64,000 nt of DNA, taken from Selaginella moellendorffii (Eukaryota; Plantae; Lycopodiophyta). The stretch lies in the NCBI RefSeq assembly GCF_000143415.4, contig NW_003314273.1, positions 1,642,052 through 1,706,051 on the forward strand. Reading direction: 5' to 3'. The notes under the pieces are model-generated. The model worked only from the letters and a program-made list of their open reading frames with translations, ran no database searches and was not told where the DNA came from. The position numbers and the translations under genes were made by a program. Numbering within the stretch: the stretch's first letter is position 1; every line of letters begins with the position of its first letter. This document shows, one piece after another, positions 13,041-25,736 of the stretch.

Positions 13041-14291
13041 ATGGAACCTCCGCCAGAGCTGGAGCCTCCGGTCGAACAAGAGGCTATGGATGAGGAATCT
13101 TTGCATGAGGAGGACTCCAGTGAGGAAACTTCCAAACAGGAGTCCGGTGGTGAGGTTCGGTCATCCAAGGCTCGATTGGACGTTCTAGAAGGACAATTGG
13201 CGCAGACCAATGCCCTGCTAGAGACTCTCGTACGCAAGCTAAAGCGTGACGAGAAGCGGAAGAAAAAGCGAAAGACTGTGGATGCTGGCAGCGCAGAAGG
13301 TGCGGAGCCTTCGGCAGGGACTGAGGCAAAACCAGACAAGGTCGAACAGACCGAAGTGGAATCAGTCCCTCAGGCAATTCCTAAGTACAAACCAAAGCCC
13401 CCACCGGTCTTCAAGGGAGTGAACGACTATAAGGTGGTGGAGGATTGGTTTTACGATATGGAGGACTACTTTCGAGCGTTGCGGTTACCGAGCTCGGAGA
13501 AGGTCCCATGTGCAAAACCGTACTTGGCAGATAATGCCAAGTCTTGGTGGAGAACGACGGAGGCCAACGAAGGACCGGTGGCCACTTGGGACATAATGAA
13601 GGCGAGGATCCGTGCAACATACGTTCCTCTGAATGCCACTCTGCATATGAGAGATGAGCTGAGTAGGTTGAAGCAGACTGGAACCATCCAGGAATATGTG
13701 AATGGGTTCATGGCAAAGAGGATACTTGTCACGGACATGGGGGATATGGATGCGTTCTATGCCTTCATATCGGGTTTGCAAACCTGAGCTCGCGGTGAGG
13801 TGATGCGCTGGAACCCGACCAACTACAAGGAAGCGTTGGATGCAGCCATCAAGGTGCATTTCAATGATAACCTGCGAAAGGGGAACACGACGAGGTCGGG
13901 ATCCACGTTTAGGAAAGTGGCCAAACCAAGGGGAACGTATAGCACGGGGAAATTCAAGAAGAGTTTATCTAAGAATGAGTTCTCAGGGTTTCGGAAAGGC
14001 AAATCCGGTGGCCAGCGAGCGAGTACGTGGGGGAGTCAAGCGAAAAGAGACAAACCCACGGATAAGAAGGTCAAGTCGTATAGCAGCGTGGGAAACAACG
14101 TATGCTACAACTGCGGTGAAGCGGGACACTTTTCAAGGGAATGTCCCTACCCGAAGAAGGCTAGAGCCAATATGGCCATCAAGTCGGGTGAAGTCCAAAC
14201 TGAGGTATGTGATCCAGTCCCTAACTCAAAGTTACTCATTACACGAGCAACTTTGGTAGAGAGTCGCTCGCGACATCTACTAACCCTCTGA
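13041..14291 (+). pseudogene. gag: gag (retrotransposon gag domain plus CCHC zinc knuckle), in-frame TGA at 13785
   Basis: Contains VEDWFYDMEDYF...LADNAKSWW...LKQTGTIQEYV and CYNCGEAGHFSREC. The two ORFs are in the same frame. Confidence 0.9.
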
Positions 14292-15494
14292 GGGAAGCTC
14301 GGAGGTAGCTTTGTTAAGATCCTTATTGACACGGGTGCTTTGGATAATTTTGTGGTTGTAGACATAGTCTGGCAAGCCGGACTAACGGTGCAGTGGCTAG
14401 GCGAACCAAGGACCATAGAGTTTGTTCAAGGTAGCCAAAGCACCGATGAGGTACTTCGACAAGCGAGAGTCGAAGTAGGGACATGGAAAGTAGACATGGA
14501 TTTCACCGTGTTGGACATGGTGGGATTTGACGTAATCTTCGGAATGGATTGGTTCAATCGGTTTGTGGTAGCCCTGCATGGACAAGGTAGGAACCTTGTG
14601 GTACTGGCAAATGCCCAAGGAAGAAGATCTAGGGTGGAGGCCCAGGATCTAAAGGTAGGGCAAAGCAAGGCCAAAGATTCTTGCCTAAACCTGGTGTCCA
14701 CAAGAGGACAACTCACTAAAGGAACTAAGGCAGCCTTTCTATGCTTACTCTCGGTGAAGAGTGACAAAAAGACAGGAACGGAAAAAGTACCTTTAGTGAT
14801 CCAGTGGGTGTTGGACCAATTCCAAGATACCATGCCGGAGGAGTTACCGGCGGGGTTACCCCCCGCACGACCGATAGAACATAAGATTGAGTTGGTCAAG
14901 GGTGCTGAGGCGGTGGTTCATCCCCCCCTATCGTTTGAACGAAAAAGAACTCAAAGAGCTCAAGTGCCAACTAGAGGAGTTGGTGGACAAAGGGTATGTT
15001 AGGTTGAGCAAGTCGCCGTATGGGGCACAGGTGCTATTTGTGAAAAAAAAAGATGGATCTATGCGCATTTGCATAGATTACCAGTTGCTCAACAAGTATA
15101 CAAAGAAGAACAAGTACCCTTTGCCAAGGATTGAGGACCTGTTCAATAGGTTGGGAAAGGCAAAATACTTCTTGAGGATTGACCTAAGGTCAGAATACTA
15201 CCAAATCAGGGTAGCTGAGGAAGATGTCGAGAAGACAACCTGTCGAACGAGGTATGGGAGCTTTGAGTTTCTGGTGATGCCCTTTGGGCTGTGCAATGCA
15301 CCGGCAACGCTTTCGGCGTTGATGAACCACATCTTTGTACTCTATCTGGATCACTTCGTGGTCGTCTTTATCGACGACATCCTGATCTATAGCGAGACGC
15401 TAAAGGAGCATGCCGAACACTTGACAAAGGTGTTTGAGAAACTAAGGGAACACAAACTGTATGTTAAAGAGAGCAAATGTGACTTTGCTCAACA
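14292..15494 (+). pseudogene. pol: pol: aspartic protease and N-terminal reverse transcriptase, frameshift near 14920, truncated
   Basis: Protease motif ILIDTGALDNFV. RT motifs [44 protein letters not shown] and [10 protein letters not shown]. RNase H and integrase are absent. Confidence 0.92.
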
Positions 15495-18044
15495 AGTCGG
15501 ATCTGAAATCGAGTCCGAGATCGAGCCAGAGACTAAGTCCAAATACTAATACGGGTCAAGGGGTGAAAGCCCAAAGCGTGCGTCTCCCAGGGGGGGGGGG
15601 GCTACAGGGGGTTCCAAAAGTATATTAGGGATAGTGAGGTCCAGGAACCAGTTTTGAAGGGGCTCTCCAGTGGGGCTCCCAAACCGACTTGAGGTTGAGA
15701 CTAGGACCAAGGGGCCTTGGGTGGGAGTGAGCATGGACTTGGTTGGTGCCGGAGGGGCCATCCAAGGAAGTGCTCAAGAGCAGCTCCCACTCCCGAAAGG
15801 GAAACCGATTGCAGTGCTCCCGGCTCAGGTGGAGTGGTGCCCCACTTGAGTACCACGCGGCTCATTGGTCCTCGCCCTTCCTAGGGGCTTGGGCCTTCCT
15901 TTGGGATAGAAGTGGGGGGGTAGAGGTACCCATACTGGGCCGCTAGGCCGCGGTGTTTCGCCCCGGTGTCCCGAAGCAAGTGTTGCACTCAAGACTTGGG
16001 ATTTAGAGGGTCCCATGATCAAGTCTTGTGGTACCAAGGGATGTTAGGAACCTGGAAGCTTGGTGTGCTTGGTTGCTTGTGCTTGCGGGGAGTGTAGCTG
16101 AACCTTAAGTCCAGTCTAACCCGGGGAGGGGGATTGGGAGTGATTTGGGAATCCGTGGATGGATGGCTAACACTCCGTTGCTCGTGCAGTGAGTAGCTGA
16201 AACCAAGTAGGAGCTGGTACCATAGGCGAGAACCTTGGCAAGGGAACTTAGCAAAAGCCAAGGTAGTGTTGGACGGATAGACGAGGTAAGCTGGCAAATT
16301 GGAAAGGAAAAATTTGTGGCTTACACATATGGTCTAATATGGATAATTCCACATTTTAGACTTTTCATGGCATCACAATCATTAATCTCAAGCACCCACT
16401 TGATTCTCCACTCCCAACTCGCATAACCACCCTTGGTTATGCCCTTCGATACCTATGGTTCGGTTCCATCCCTTTACTACTTTGCTTTTTGGCCTCATAT
16501 GTTTCCTTCAGTTATTCTCTTTCAAACTAGGAGGATAGCTTTGCACTTTTTACCATACCTTAACAAATATTCATAGGGATGAACCTACCCAATAGCCTAG
16601 GGAGTGGTTCCTTAATTCAGGTATGCTCACTTTGTAATCCCACGCATTGGGATTAACGTTGCTACTTATGGGCCTTTATATGCCCATCATTACGTTGCCA
16701 AAATCCCTTTTTGGCTTTGGCCACTTCGGGTAGAGAGATTTTTCCCATCTTTGCAACCTTGGACGTTTGGATAGCACCTTCTATCCATCATTCACTAGGG
16801 ATTTTGTCCCTTGGGCCTTATTCATTGCCCTTTTAACACAAACACCACCTCTTGGTGTTCTAGAGTGCTTGGGTGTCCTAATGATAACCTTTTTGACAAT
16901 GAGCATTCCCTTTATGACATTGACTTACTATATCGCAACATAAACAATTTATCCCCCATAAGGGTATATCCCCTTTATCCCAATAAAAAGTCTTAGGTAG
17001 TTATCTTTTGCCAGTTTAACCAATTATTTTACACCTTTTTCTTAGTTACGTCATAATTGTCAAGTCCTACAATTCATTACTGGTGCTTCTACACCTCCAT
17101 CATTATTTGGGTCACAACACTCTAACTGCATGCCTTCCAGCTTAGGCTATGCCATTTCCATTTCCATTAGAATTCCTTTAGAAAGGGTTCTCATAAACCC
17201 GCTAACTTGACCTCAAGGCAGCATGCCTTGCCACATTCGGTGTTTCCACACCATCGGCTCCACGAGCCTACCTCTAAGACACTTCTTACTTGTGTTTAGA
17301 TCTTTGCCAAGACCAATATGGTGGTCTCTTATGCCAACTATCCATTAGCACTACATCATCGAGTTTATGCACAACTTTGTGTCAAAGTTGTTTTCTTCCG
17401 GAAAATTCTTTCCCACGACTTTAAACTGGCACATTTTGCCACCCATGAGATACGCACTATTCTCATACTTGGATCTTACGATCCTCCCCATCCTTCATGG
17501 GGCACCATACACCTGAGTCCAAATGCTTTTTCCAATCCCTTAGGACCATTCCTTGACTCTTCTTAAGTCATCCAGCAATTTTGGACTTTGGCAAACTAAT
17601 GACTCGTAATGTCTTATTTTTGAGGTACCAGCTCGCTGGAATACAACTTTATGTATTCATGTCCTACTCATAAGAACCATCTTGCAAGTGTTACTCCAAC
17701 ATTTTATTATTTTCCATTCTCTATAGGCTACCTTTGCCCCTTAGGACTATCTGTCCCTATGATGAGAATGCCGACTCATCCTTTGAGCACACCCCCAACT
17801 CCTTGGGTTTGTTCCAACATTTATAAAAGGTAGCCCCAGCTACCATTTCGAGGACTCGTGTCCTCATCTGTACTTGACCTCTTACTATCATCAATTCCGG
17901 TCTCAAATTCATGACCACCAGCCTCAACTATGCGAAGATAATCTTGTAACTCCTTTATTATTTTGAAGTTTTTATCTTTCTTGTGATCCCAACTATAATT
18001 GTTTATCACAACTACCTTAGCCAATTTGCTGAGTCAACCGCTCA

Positions 18045-21000
18045 TCCAGGACTTGGGACTTGCTAGCCCCGAGAATGGCATCCATGCCACTCAACATTTG
18101 CACTTGGTCCAAGTGCTCCACGTGTCCGATCCCATGACCGACACTCAAAGGTACCACCGACATAGCAGCCCGTTACGCTAAGGCCATGCCCAATCACCTT
18201 TGCCACACTGGTAGTCCAATACCACTTGCATTACCGTCTTGGCTCTCCAAGACTAGGCAAACCATCCGTGAGTGGTCATCTCAGATCCACTCCTTAGCAT
18301 CCTTAGGATGCCCACCGACAAGGGGAATAGCCTTCCCCAATATCCCTCTGTTAGTCCCCACTAAGTCCCTTTCTGCCCCTGGCCGTGTTTGCCAACACTG
18401 CCACTGGATCGAGACCCACAGGCCCGACCACTAAGTCCCACGGTCCTCTGGGACTTCCTCACCACACGACTGTGTCCTTGGTCACTACCCCAGAGGACTG
18501 CTCCTCTTCCTTTCCACAGTCTGGGCCTTTGGGACAACATTTCGGAACACCGTGGCCTTACGCGAGCCACCTGGGTACTCTCCTCGCCTTCTGCCCTTGG
18601 GTGCTCTAGCCATGGGCTTAGAGCGGGTTCCGTTGAGCCACACCAAGTATCCAAGTAGGTAGTGCCACCCACACTTGGACTGGGAGCATCGGCCAGTCGA
18701 TCTCCCGGGGGAACTAGAGCCGGCTCTTGAACACTTCACCAAGCTACCCCGCTTGTCGGTCTGTGTTCACTCTAGTCTTGGACTTCCCAGTGGGCAGCTC
18801 ATCACCCAACACTGGGTCCGGCCTTCCTGGGCCAAACTGGCCTTTCCTGGCCAAACTGGCTCCACTGCAGTCCTCCCCCTACTATACTTTTGGAGCTCAC
18901 CAAACCCCCCAGGGTCTGGGAGACGAACGCTTTGGGCTTTCACCCTCTCAGGCTCCGGACTCGGACTCGGACTCGGACTCGGACTCGGACTCGGACTCGG
19001 ACTTGGACTCGGCCTCGGCCTCGGTATCGGCCTCGGTCTCGGTCCCGATCTCGGTCTCGGTCTCGGTCCCGGTCTCGGTCTCGACTTCGGACTCCATCTC
19101 GGACTCCATCTCAGACTCCATCTTGGACTCCATCTCGGGTCCATCTCGGACTCCATTTCGAGTCCATCTCGGACTCCATCTCGGACTCCATCTCGGGTCC
19201 ATCTCGGACTCCATCTCGGACTCCATTTCGGGTCCATCTCGGGTCCACCTCGGACTCCATCTCAGACTCCATCTCGGACTCCATCTCGGGTCCATCTCGG
19301 ACTCCATCTCGGACTCCATCTCGGGTCCATCTCGGACTCCATTTCGGACTCCAACTCGGGTCCATCTCGGACTTCATTTCGGACTCCAACTCGGGTCCAT
19401 CTCGGACTCCACTTCGGACTCCAACTCGGGTCCATCTCGGACTCCACTTCGGACTCCAACTCGAGTCCATCTCGGACTCCACTTCGGACTCCAACTCGAG
19501 TCCATCTCGGACACTTCCACGTGTCATGTGTTGGTCCTTTTGGGTCCCTTTTTGGAGCCTCGCTTTTTGCTCGCTTCGTGCTCGTTCCTCGAGCACTTCG
19601 TTGGGAGTTCCACTCCCGCTCTTGACTTTTCAAGTCGGAGCTTTTGGTCCAAACGTGTTACGCTCGTTTGGCTCTCGCTTCAGCCACTACCACGTGGCGC
19701 CCTTTCCGACTCTACTTTGGGTCCTAGGGATTTTGTGTCTCACAACTCCACCACCCATAGACGAAGTTTGATGTCCTCATCGAACGGTAAACCATCTTAT
19801 AAAGTAACACCCACATGTGTTACCATTTCCATCCTTGGCACCTAGCCAATATTTGTCAATGGTTTGACATTGAAGGCTCACCATGCCTTCTCCATATTCG
19901 TCAATGGTTTGACATTGAAGGCTCACCATGCCTTTTGCATATTCCTCAATGGTTTGACACCAAAGGCTCACCATGTCTTGCCTATCCTCTAAGGAGGGTA
20001 GTCTCCCCAACTTAGAGACTGATTGGACCACATGTAGTGGTTCTCTCCTTTTATTGGTTTAGTTCTCGCTAAACCCCTTAGAGACCTTTCTCTAAGTCAA
20101 TCCCACTACTCCTTCTCGAGTAAACTCAATTTCCATCTATTGAAGGTTTGCACCTTGGAACTTTTACTCTTTTGACTTTTGGAAGTCAATTTCTTAGGTG
20201 TCTCTAACACCTTGCATTGCACAGATTGTGCAACTCCACTTCCCCATCCTAGGAAGTTCATTACTTGAGGGCACCATCATCCTCTCTTCTATTTTGTGCC
20301 ACTTTGGGCACTAAGTTCCATTTATCATACTTTGTGCTAGGGCTGTCCATGGCCCTATCATTTGGCTACCTTACCGCTCCCTTCCTTGGAGCTTCCACTT
20401 TCGCCAAATCGGAGCAATTCGGAATCCATCCTTGGAAATACACTTTCTTTCCCGCAATTTGTTAGCGTCCAACACATTAGTGTTCCTCGCCTAACTTTGT
20501 CACTTGGATTCCTTCCAAGGGATTCCACGGCCCTATCTTGGCCACTCATCTTTTGCTCCTATCCGTTGATTGTTGCACCAAGCAACATCAAATCTCTACC
20601 TCCCTCCTTGAGGTATTCTTTTGATTCCATAGCAAAGGCTCTGCTTTGCCAAGACTAGGGTGTTCACCCCTAGTAAGTCTCTTTTAACATCTTCTGCTGT
20701 GGGCTTTATCCACGGCCCAACTTTGTGACCCTCCCATGGGTCTCTTTAGAGACTACTTTCCTTGGACACACTATGCCATCGCAATGACATAACTCATTTC
20801 CCTAAGGTGCTTTTCCCACTTAGTCACCTTGACCAAGCCACACCATCATCAATAGTTCAAATCAACACTTTGAACTAGGAACCTTATTCCTTATCCCAAA
20901 CAAGGACCTTGTCCTTATTTAACCACAAGATCACCTAGTGATCTCACCTCGGCACCTTAACAGGTTTGCCAATAGGTACTAGGTCTTCCAGACCTTTAAC

Positions 21001-24000
21001 TTGTTAACTACGACCCCGGGGGCATCCCCCACACTTGGCGGTGCGCCCAAGCCAGCCCTTCCGGCCAAGGGTCCATAGCAACTGAGATTAGGTGTCCCCA
21101 TCTCACTCACCACGTCCTTGGTGCCACTTGCACCAAAGCGTTCAAGTTAGATATGCCGAGCTTTCACACTAAGCAATCTAACCGTGCATCATGACTCTGA
21201 GGCATCCCTCACTTGGCGGTGTGCCCAAACCAGTCTCCCCACTGAGAGTCCATGACCACCGAAATATGAGTGTCCTCATATTCCAAACCATCACCACGCC
21301 CTAGTGATTTGGGACTCGAACCCAAGCACTAGAGGGTTGGGACTCGAACCCAACCTCCGTATATGCATCTACGGACGGCATCACACAAGATGCCTGGCGT
21401 GACTCCCCACGCCGGTGCACCAACCTATTTTTAAAGCGCGCTACAGATCACAGCTTAGGAACCTAGTTCCTCCACACTGCCAAGTCCTCTCACTTGACAT
21501 GTCTGTGATCATGCATGGACTCCTCCATGCTCGGCCCCATGGCCCACCCTTTTTGAAGTTATCACCTTCAACTAGGGTCTTTGTTCCCCCGACGTGCCAA
21601 TCTCACTTGGCAAGTCCTCCGACCATTGTAACATGGTTCCTGCATAAGCGTGAAAGTCCTTGACCATCGACTTTCGTTCAAAGCCCTCTCTTTGAACACT
21701 CGGGAACTACTTCCCTAACCTTGATAACCTTGCCTCATGGCAAGCTTCAAGACCACGCTTCTGCTGCGCCACTCTCATTTCGCGCGTTCCATGAACCATT
21801 TACACTTGGCCTTTCTAGGTACTATACTACCTAGAATCGTCTTTGGGAACCTTGAAGGAACTCTGTCCCTTAGCTTGCTAAGGCCTCCCCTTTCGCAAGC
21901 TTTATAGTTGCCATATAGTCTAACATGGACAATTCCATATTTTAGACTCTCCATGGCATCACGGTTGCTAGCAACAACATCCTCGAGCACCCTCTTGATT
22001 CTCCACTCCCAACTTTCATAACCACTGTTGGATATGCCCTTTGATTTCTATGGTTCAGTTCCATCCCAATATTACTTGCCTTTGGCTTCACACCTTTCCT
22101 TCGGTCATTCTCCTCCAGATCAGGAGGATAGCTTTGCACTTTCTATCATGCCTTAGCAAGTATTCTTAGGGATGAACCTACCCAATAGCCCAGGGAGTGG
22201 TTCCTCAATCCGGGTATGCTCACCTTATAATCCCACACACTGGGATTACATTGTTGCTTATGGGACTTTACATGCCCATCACTAGCCTTGTCAAAAATTC
22301 CATTTTTGGCTTTGTCCAACTCGGGTAGACAGTCCTCTCCTGTCTCCGCAACCTTGGACATTTGGATAGCACCTTCTATCCATCATTTGCTAGGGACTTA
22401 GTCCCTTGGGCTTTATCCATTGCCCTCGCGACATCAAACACCACCTTCTAGTGTTCTAGAGTGTTCGGGTGTCCCAATGATGGCTTTCTTGATAATGAGT
22501 ATTTCCTTTTATGACATTGACTTACTATATCGCAACATAAGCAACTTATCCCCCGCAAGGGTATATCCGACTTCCCTATGCTATTAAGAAGTCTTGGGTA
22601 GCTACCTTCTACCCGTTTAACCAATTATTTTGCACCTCTTGCTTAGTTGCCTCATAGTTGTCAAGTCTTACAACTCATTGCTTGGTGCTTCCACACCTCC
22701 ATCATTATCTGGGTCACCACACTCCAACTGCATGCTCTGCAGCTTAGGCTATGCCATTCCCATTTCCATTGGGATTCCTTTGGCAAGGGGTTCTCATGAA
22801 CCCACCAACATAGCCTCAAGGTATCACACCTTGGCACATTTGGTGTCTCCACACCATCGGCTCCACGAGCCTACCTCTAGGACACTTCCCCTTCGTGTTT
22901 AAGTCTTTGCCAAGACCAACACCGCTCTTTCTCATGCCAACCATCCGTTAGCACTGCACCATAGAGGTCACACACAACTTTGTGTCAAAGTTGTTTTCTT
23001 CTGGGAACACCTTTCCCATAACTTTAGCATGGCACATTTTGCCATCGATGAGATACCCTCTGTTCTCATCCTTGGATCCTATGATCCCCCCCCATCCTTT
23101 GTGGGGTACAACACACCTCAGTCCAAATGCTTCAATCAGTCATTTTAGGACCTTTCCTTGACTCTACTTGAGTCACCCAGCAGTTTTGGACTTGGTTCAT
23201 CCACAGACCCGTAAGGTCCCACTTGTGAGGCAGTAGCTCACTGGAATACACTTCTTGCATTCCTGTCCTACTCAGAAGGACTATTTTCACAAGTGTTACT
23301 CTGACACTTGTTTTTGTTCTCTGGGGCAACCTCTGCCCCTTAGGACTACTTGTCCATGTGATGAGAATACCAACTCATCTCTAAGTACACCCCCCAACTC
23401 CTTGGGTTGTTCCAGCATTTATTAAAGGTAGCCCTGGCTACCATTTCAAGGACTTGAGTCCTCTTCCGTACTTGACCTCTCACGGTTATCCATTCCGGTC
23501 TCACCTTCATGAGCACCATCCTCAACCATGTGAGGATAAACTTGTGACTCCTTTATTGTTTTGGAGTTTACATCTTTCCCGTGATCCCAACTTTAGTTGT
23601 TTACCACAACAACCTTAGCCAATTTGCTGAGACAAATGCTCATCCGGATCACATCCTCAACTCAATGAGGAAAACCTTGCACTGTTCCCAAGATCCCAAA
23701 GTCGTTCCATTATTGGCCCTTTTCTATCCACCACCTCGTTTACATGTTCACACATGAACTGTAATGGAGAGCCATGTCTTCCCGACTTGCTACTCCTCAA
23801 GGATAGGCCCACTCCTCGGACCTTCCGTTGCCAACACCAGTGGTGATATACTTGGGCACCAATAAAAGTCGAACTAAGGAACAGCTCCGATACCAAATTG
23901 TAAGCGACTAAATTTTCCATTCTACTTTAGTCACTTAACCACACCTCTGACCACTTGGAGGAGTCTCATTCACAACCTCCATAAGTCCAATCCAGGACTT

Positions 24001-25736
24001 GGGACTTGCTAGCCCCGAGAATGGCATCCATGCCACTCAACATTTGCACTTGGTCCAAGTGCTCCACGTGTCCGATCCCATGACCGACACTCAAAGGTAC
24101 CACCGACATAGCAGCCCGTTACGCTAAGGCCATGCCCAATCACCTTTGCCACACTGGTAGTCCAATACCACTTGCATTACCGTCTTGGCTCTCCAAGACT
24201 AGGCAAACCATCCGTGAGTGGTCATCTCAGATCCACTCCTTAGCATCCTTAGGATGCCCACCGACAAGGGGAATAGCCTTCCCCAATATCCCTCTGTTAG
24301 TCCCCACTAAGTCCCTTTCTGCCCCTGGCTGTGTTTGCCAACACTGCCACTGGATCGAGAGCCACAGGCCCGACCACTAAGTCCCACGGTCCTCTGGGAC
24401 TTCCTCACCACACGACTGTGTCCTTGAGCACTACCCCAGAGGACTGCTCCTCTTCCTTTCCATAGTCTGGGCCTTTGGGACAACATTTCGGAACACCGTG
24501 GCCTTACGCGAGCCACCTGGGTACTCTCCTCGCCTTCTGCCCTTGGGTGCTCTAACCATGGGCTTAGAGCGGGTTCCGTTGAGCCACACCAGGTATCCAA
24601 GTAGGTAGTGCCACCCACACTTGGACTGGGAGCATCGGCCAGTCGATCTCCCGGGGGAACTAGAGCCGGCTCTTGAACACTTCACCAAGCTACCCCGCTT
24701 GTCGGTCTGTGTTCACTCTAGTCTTGGACTTCCCAGTGGGCAGCTCATCACCCAACACTGGGTCCAGCCTTCCTGGGCCAAACTGGCCTTTCCTGGGCCA
24801 AACTGGCCTTTCCTGGCCAAACTGGCCTTTCCTGGCCAAACTGGCCTTTCCTGGCCAAACTGGCTCCACTGCAGTCCTCCCCCTACTATACTTTTGGAGC
24901 TCACCAAACCCCCCAGGGTCTGGGAGACGAACGCTTTGGGCTTTCACCCTCTCAGGCTCCGGACTTGGACTCGGACTCGGACTCGGACTCGGACTCGGAC
25001 TCGGACTCGGACTCGGCCTCGGCCTCGGTATCGGCCTCGGTCTCGGTCTCGGTCCCGATCTCGGTCTCGGTCTCGGTCTCGGTCCCGGTCTCGGTCTCGA
25101 CTTCGGACTCCATCTCGGACTCCATCTCGGGTCCATCTCGGACTCCATTTCGAGTCTATCTCGAACTCCATCTCGGACTCCATCTCGGGTCCATCTCGGA
25201 CTCCATCTCGGACTCCATTTCGGGTCCATCTCGGGTCCACCTCGGACTCCATCTCAGACTCCATCTCGGACTCCATCTCGGGTCCATCTCGGACTGCATC
25301 TCGGACTCCATCTCGGGTCCATCTCGGACTCCATTTCGGACTCCAACTCGGGTCCATCTCGGACTTCAGTTCGGACTCTAACTCGGGTCCATCTCGGACT
25401 CCACTTCGGACTCCAACTCGGGTCCATCTCGGACTCCACTTCGGACTCCAACTCGAGTCCATCTCGGACTCCACTTCGGACTCCAACTCGAGTCCATCTC
25501 GGACACTTCCACGTGTCATGTGTTGGTCCTTTTGGGTCCCTTTTTGGAGCCTCGCTTTTTGCTCGCTTCGTGCTCGTTCCTCGAGCACTTCGTTGGGAGT
25601 TCCACTCCCGCTCTTGACTTTTCAAGTCGGAGCTTTTGGTCCAAACGTGTTACGCTCGTTTGGCTCTCGCTTCAGCCACTACCACGTGGCGCCCTTTCCG
25701 GCTCTACTTTGGGTCCTAGGGATTTTGTGTCTCACA
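18045..25736 (-). mobile_element. Young non-autonomous (LARD-like) family-A LTR element
   Basis: 5' LTR 23899-25736, PBS (rc TGGTATCGGAGC) at ~23884-23895, and a 4.15-kb internal region (19745-23898) with no long ORF. PPT at ~19745-19759. The 3' LTR (18045-19744) lacks its terminal ~90 bp. The two LTRs are nearly identical outside the satellites. Confidence 0.88.

Larger units (their letters stand above)
11818..16325 (+). mobile_element. Family-C Ty3/gypsy retrotransposon, internally deleted, TSD CATAT
   Basis: 5' LTR 11818-12945, PBS TGGTATCGGAGC at 12949-12960, gag-PR-RT, then a deletion at ~15494 into a partial 3' LTR (15495-16325). CATAT at 11813-11817 and 16326-16330. Confidence 0.93.

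Noticed and set aside
18076-18091. ATGGCATCCATGCCAC in family-A LTRs, similar to the element palindrome
   Set aside because: It lacks the 6-bp spacer geometry and occurs once per LTR. Probably coincidental.
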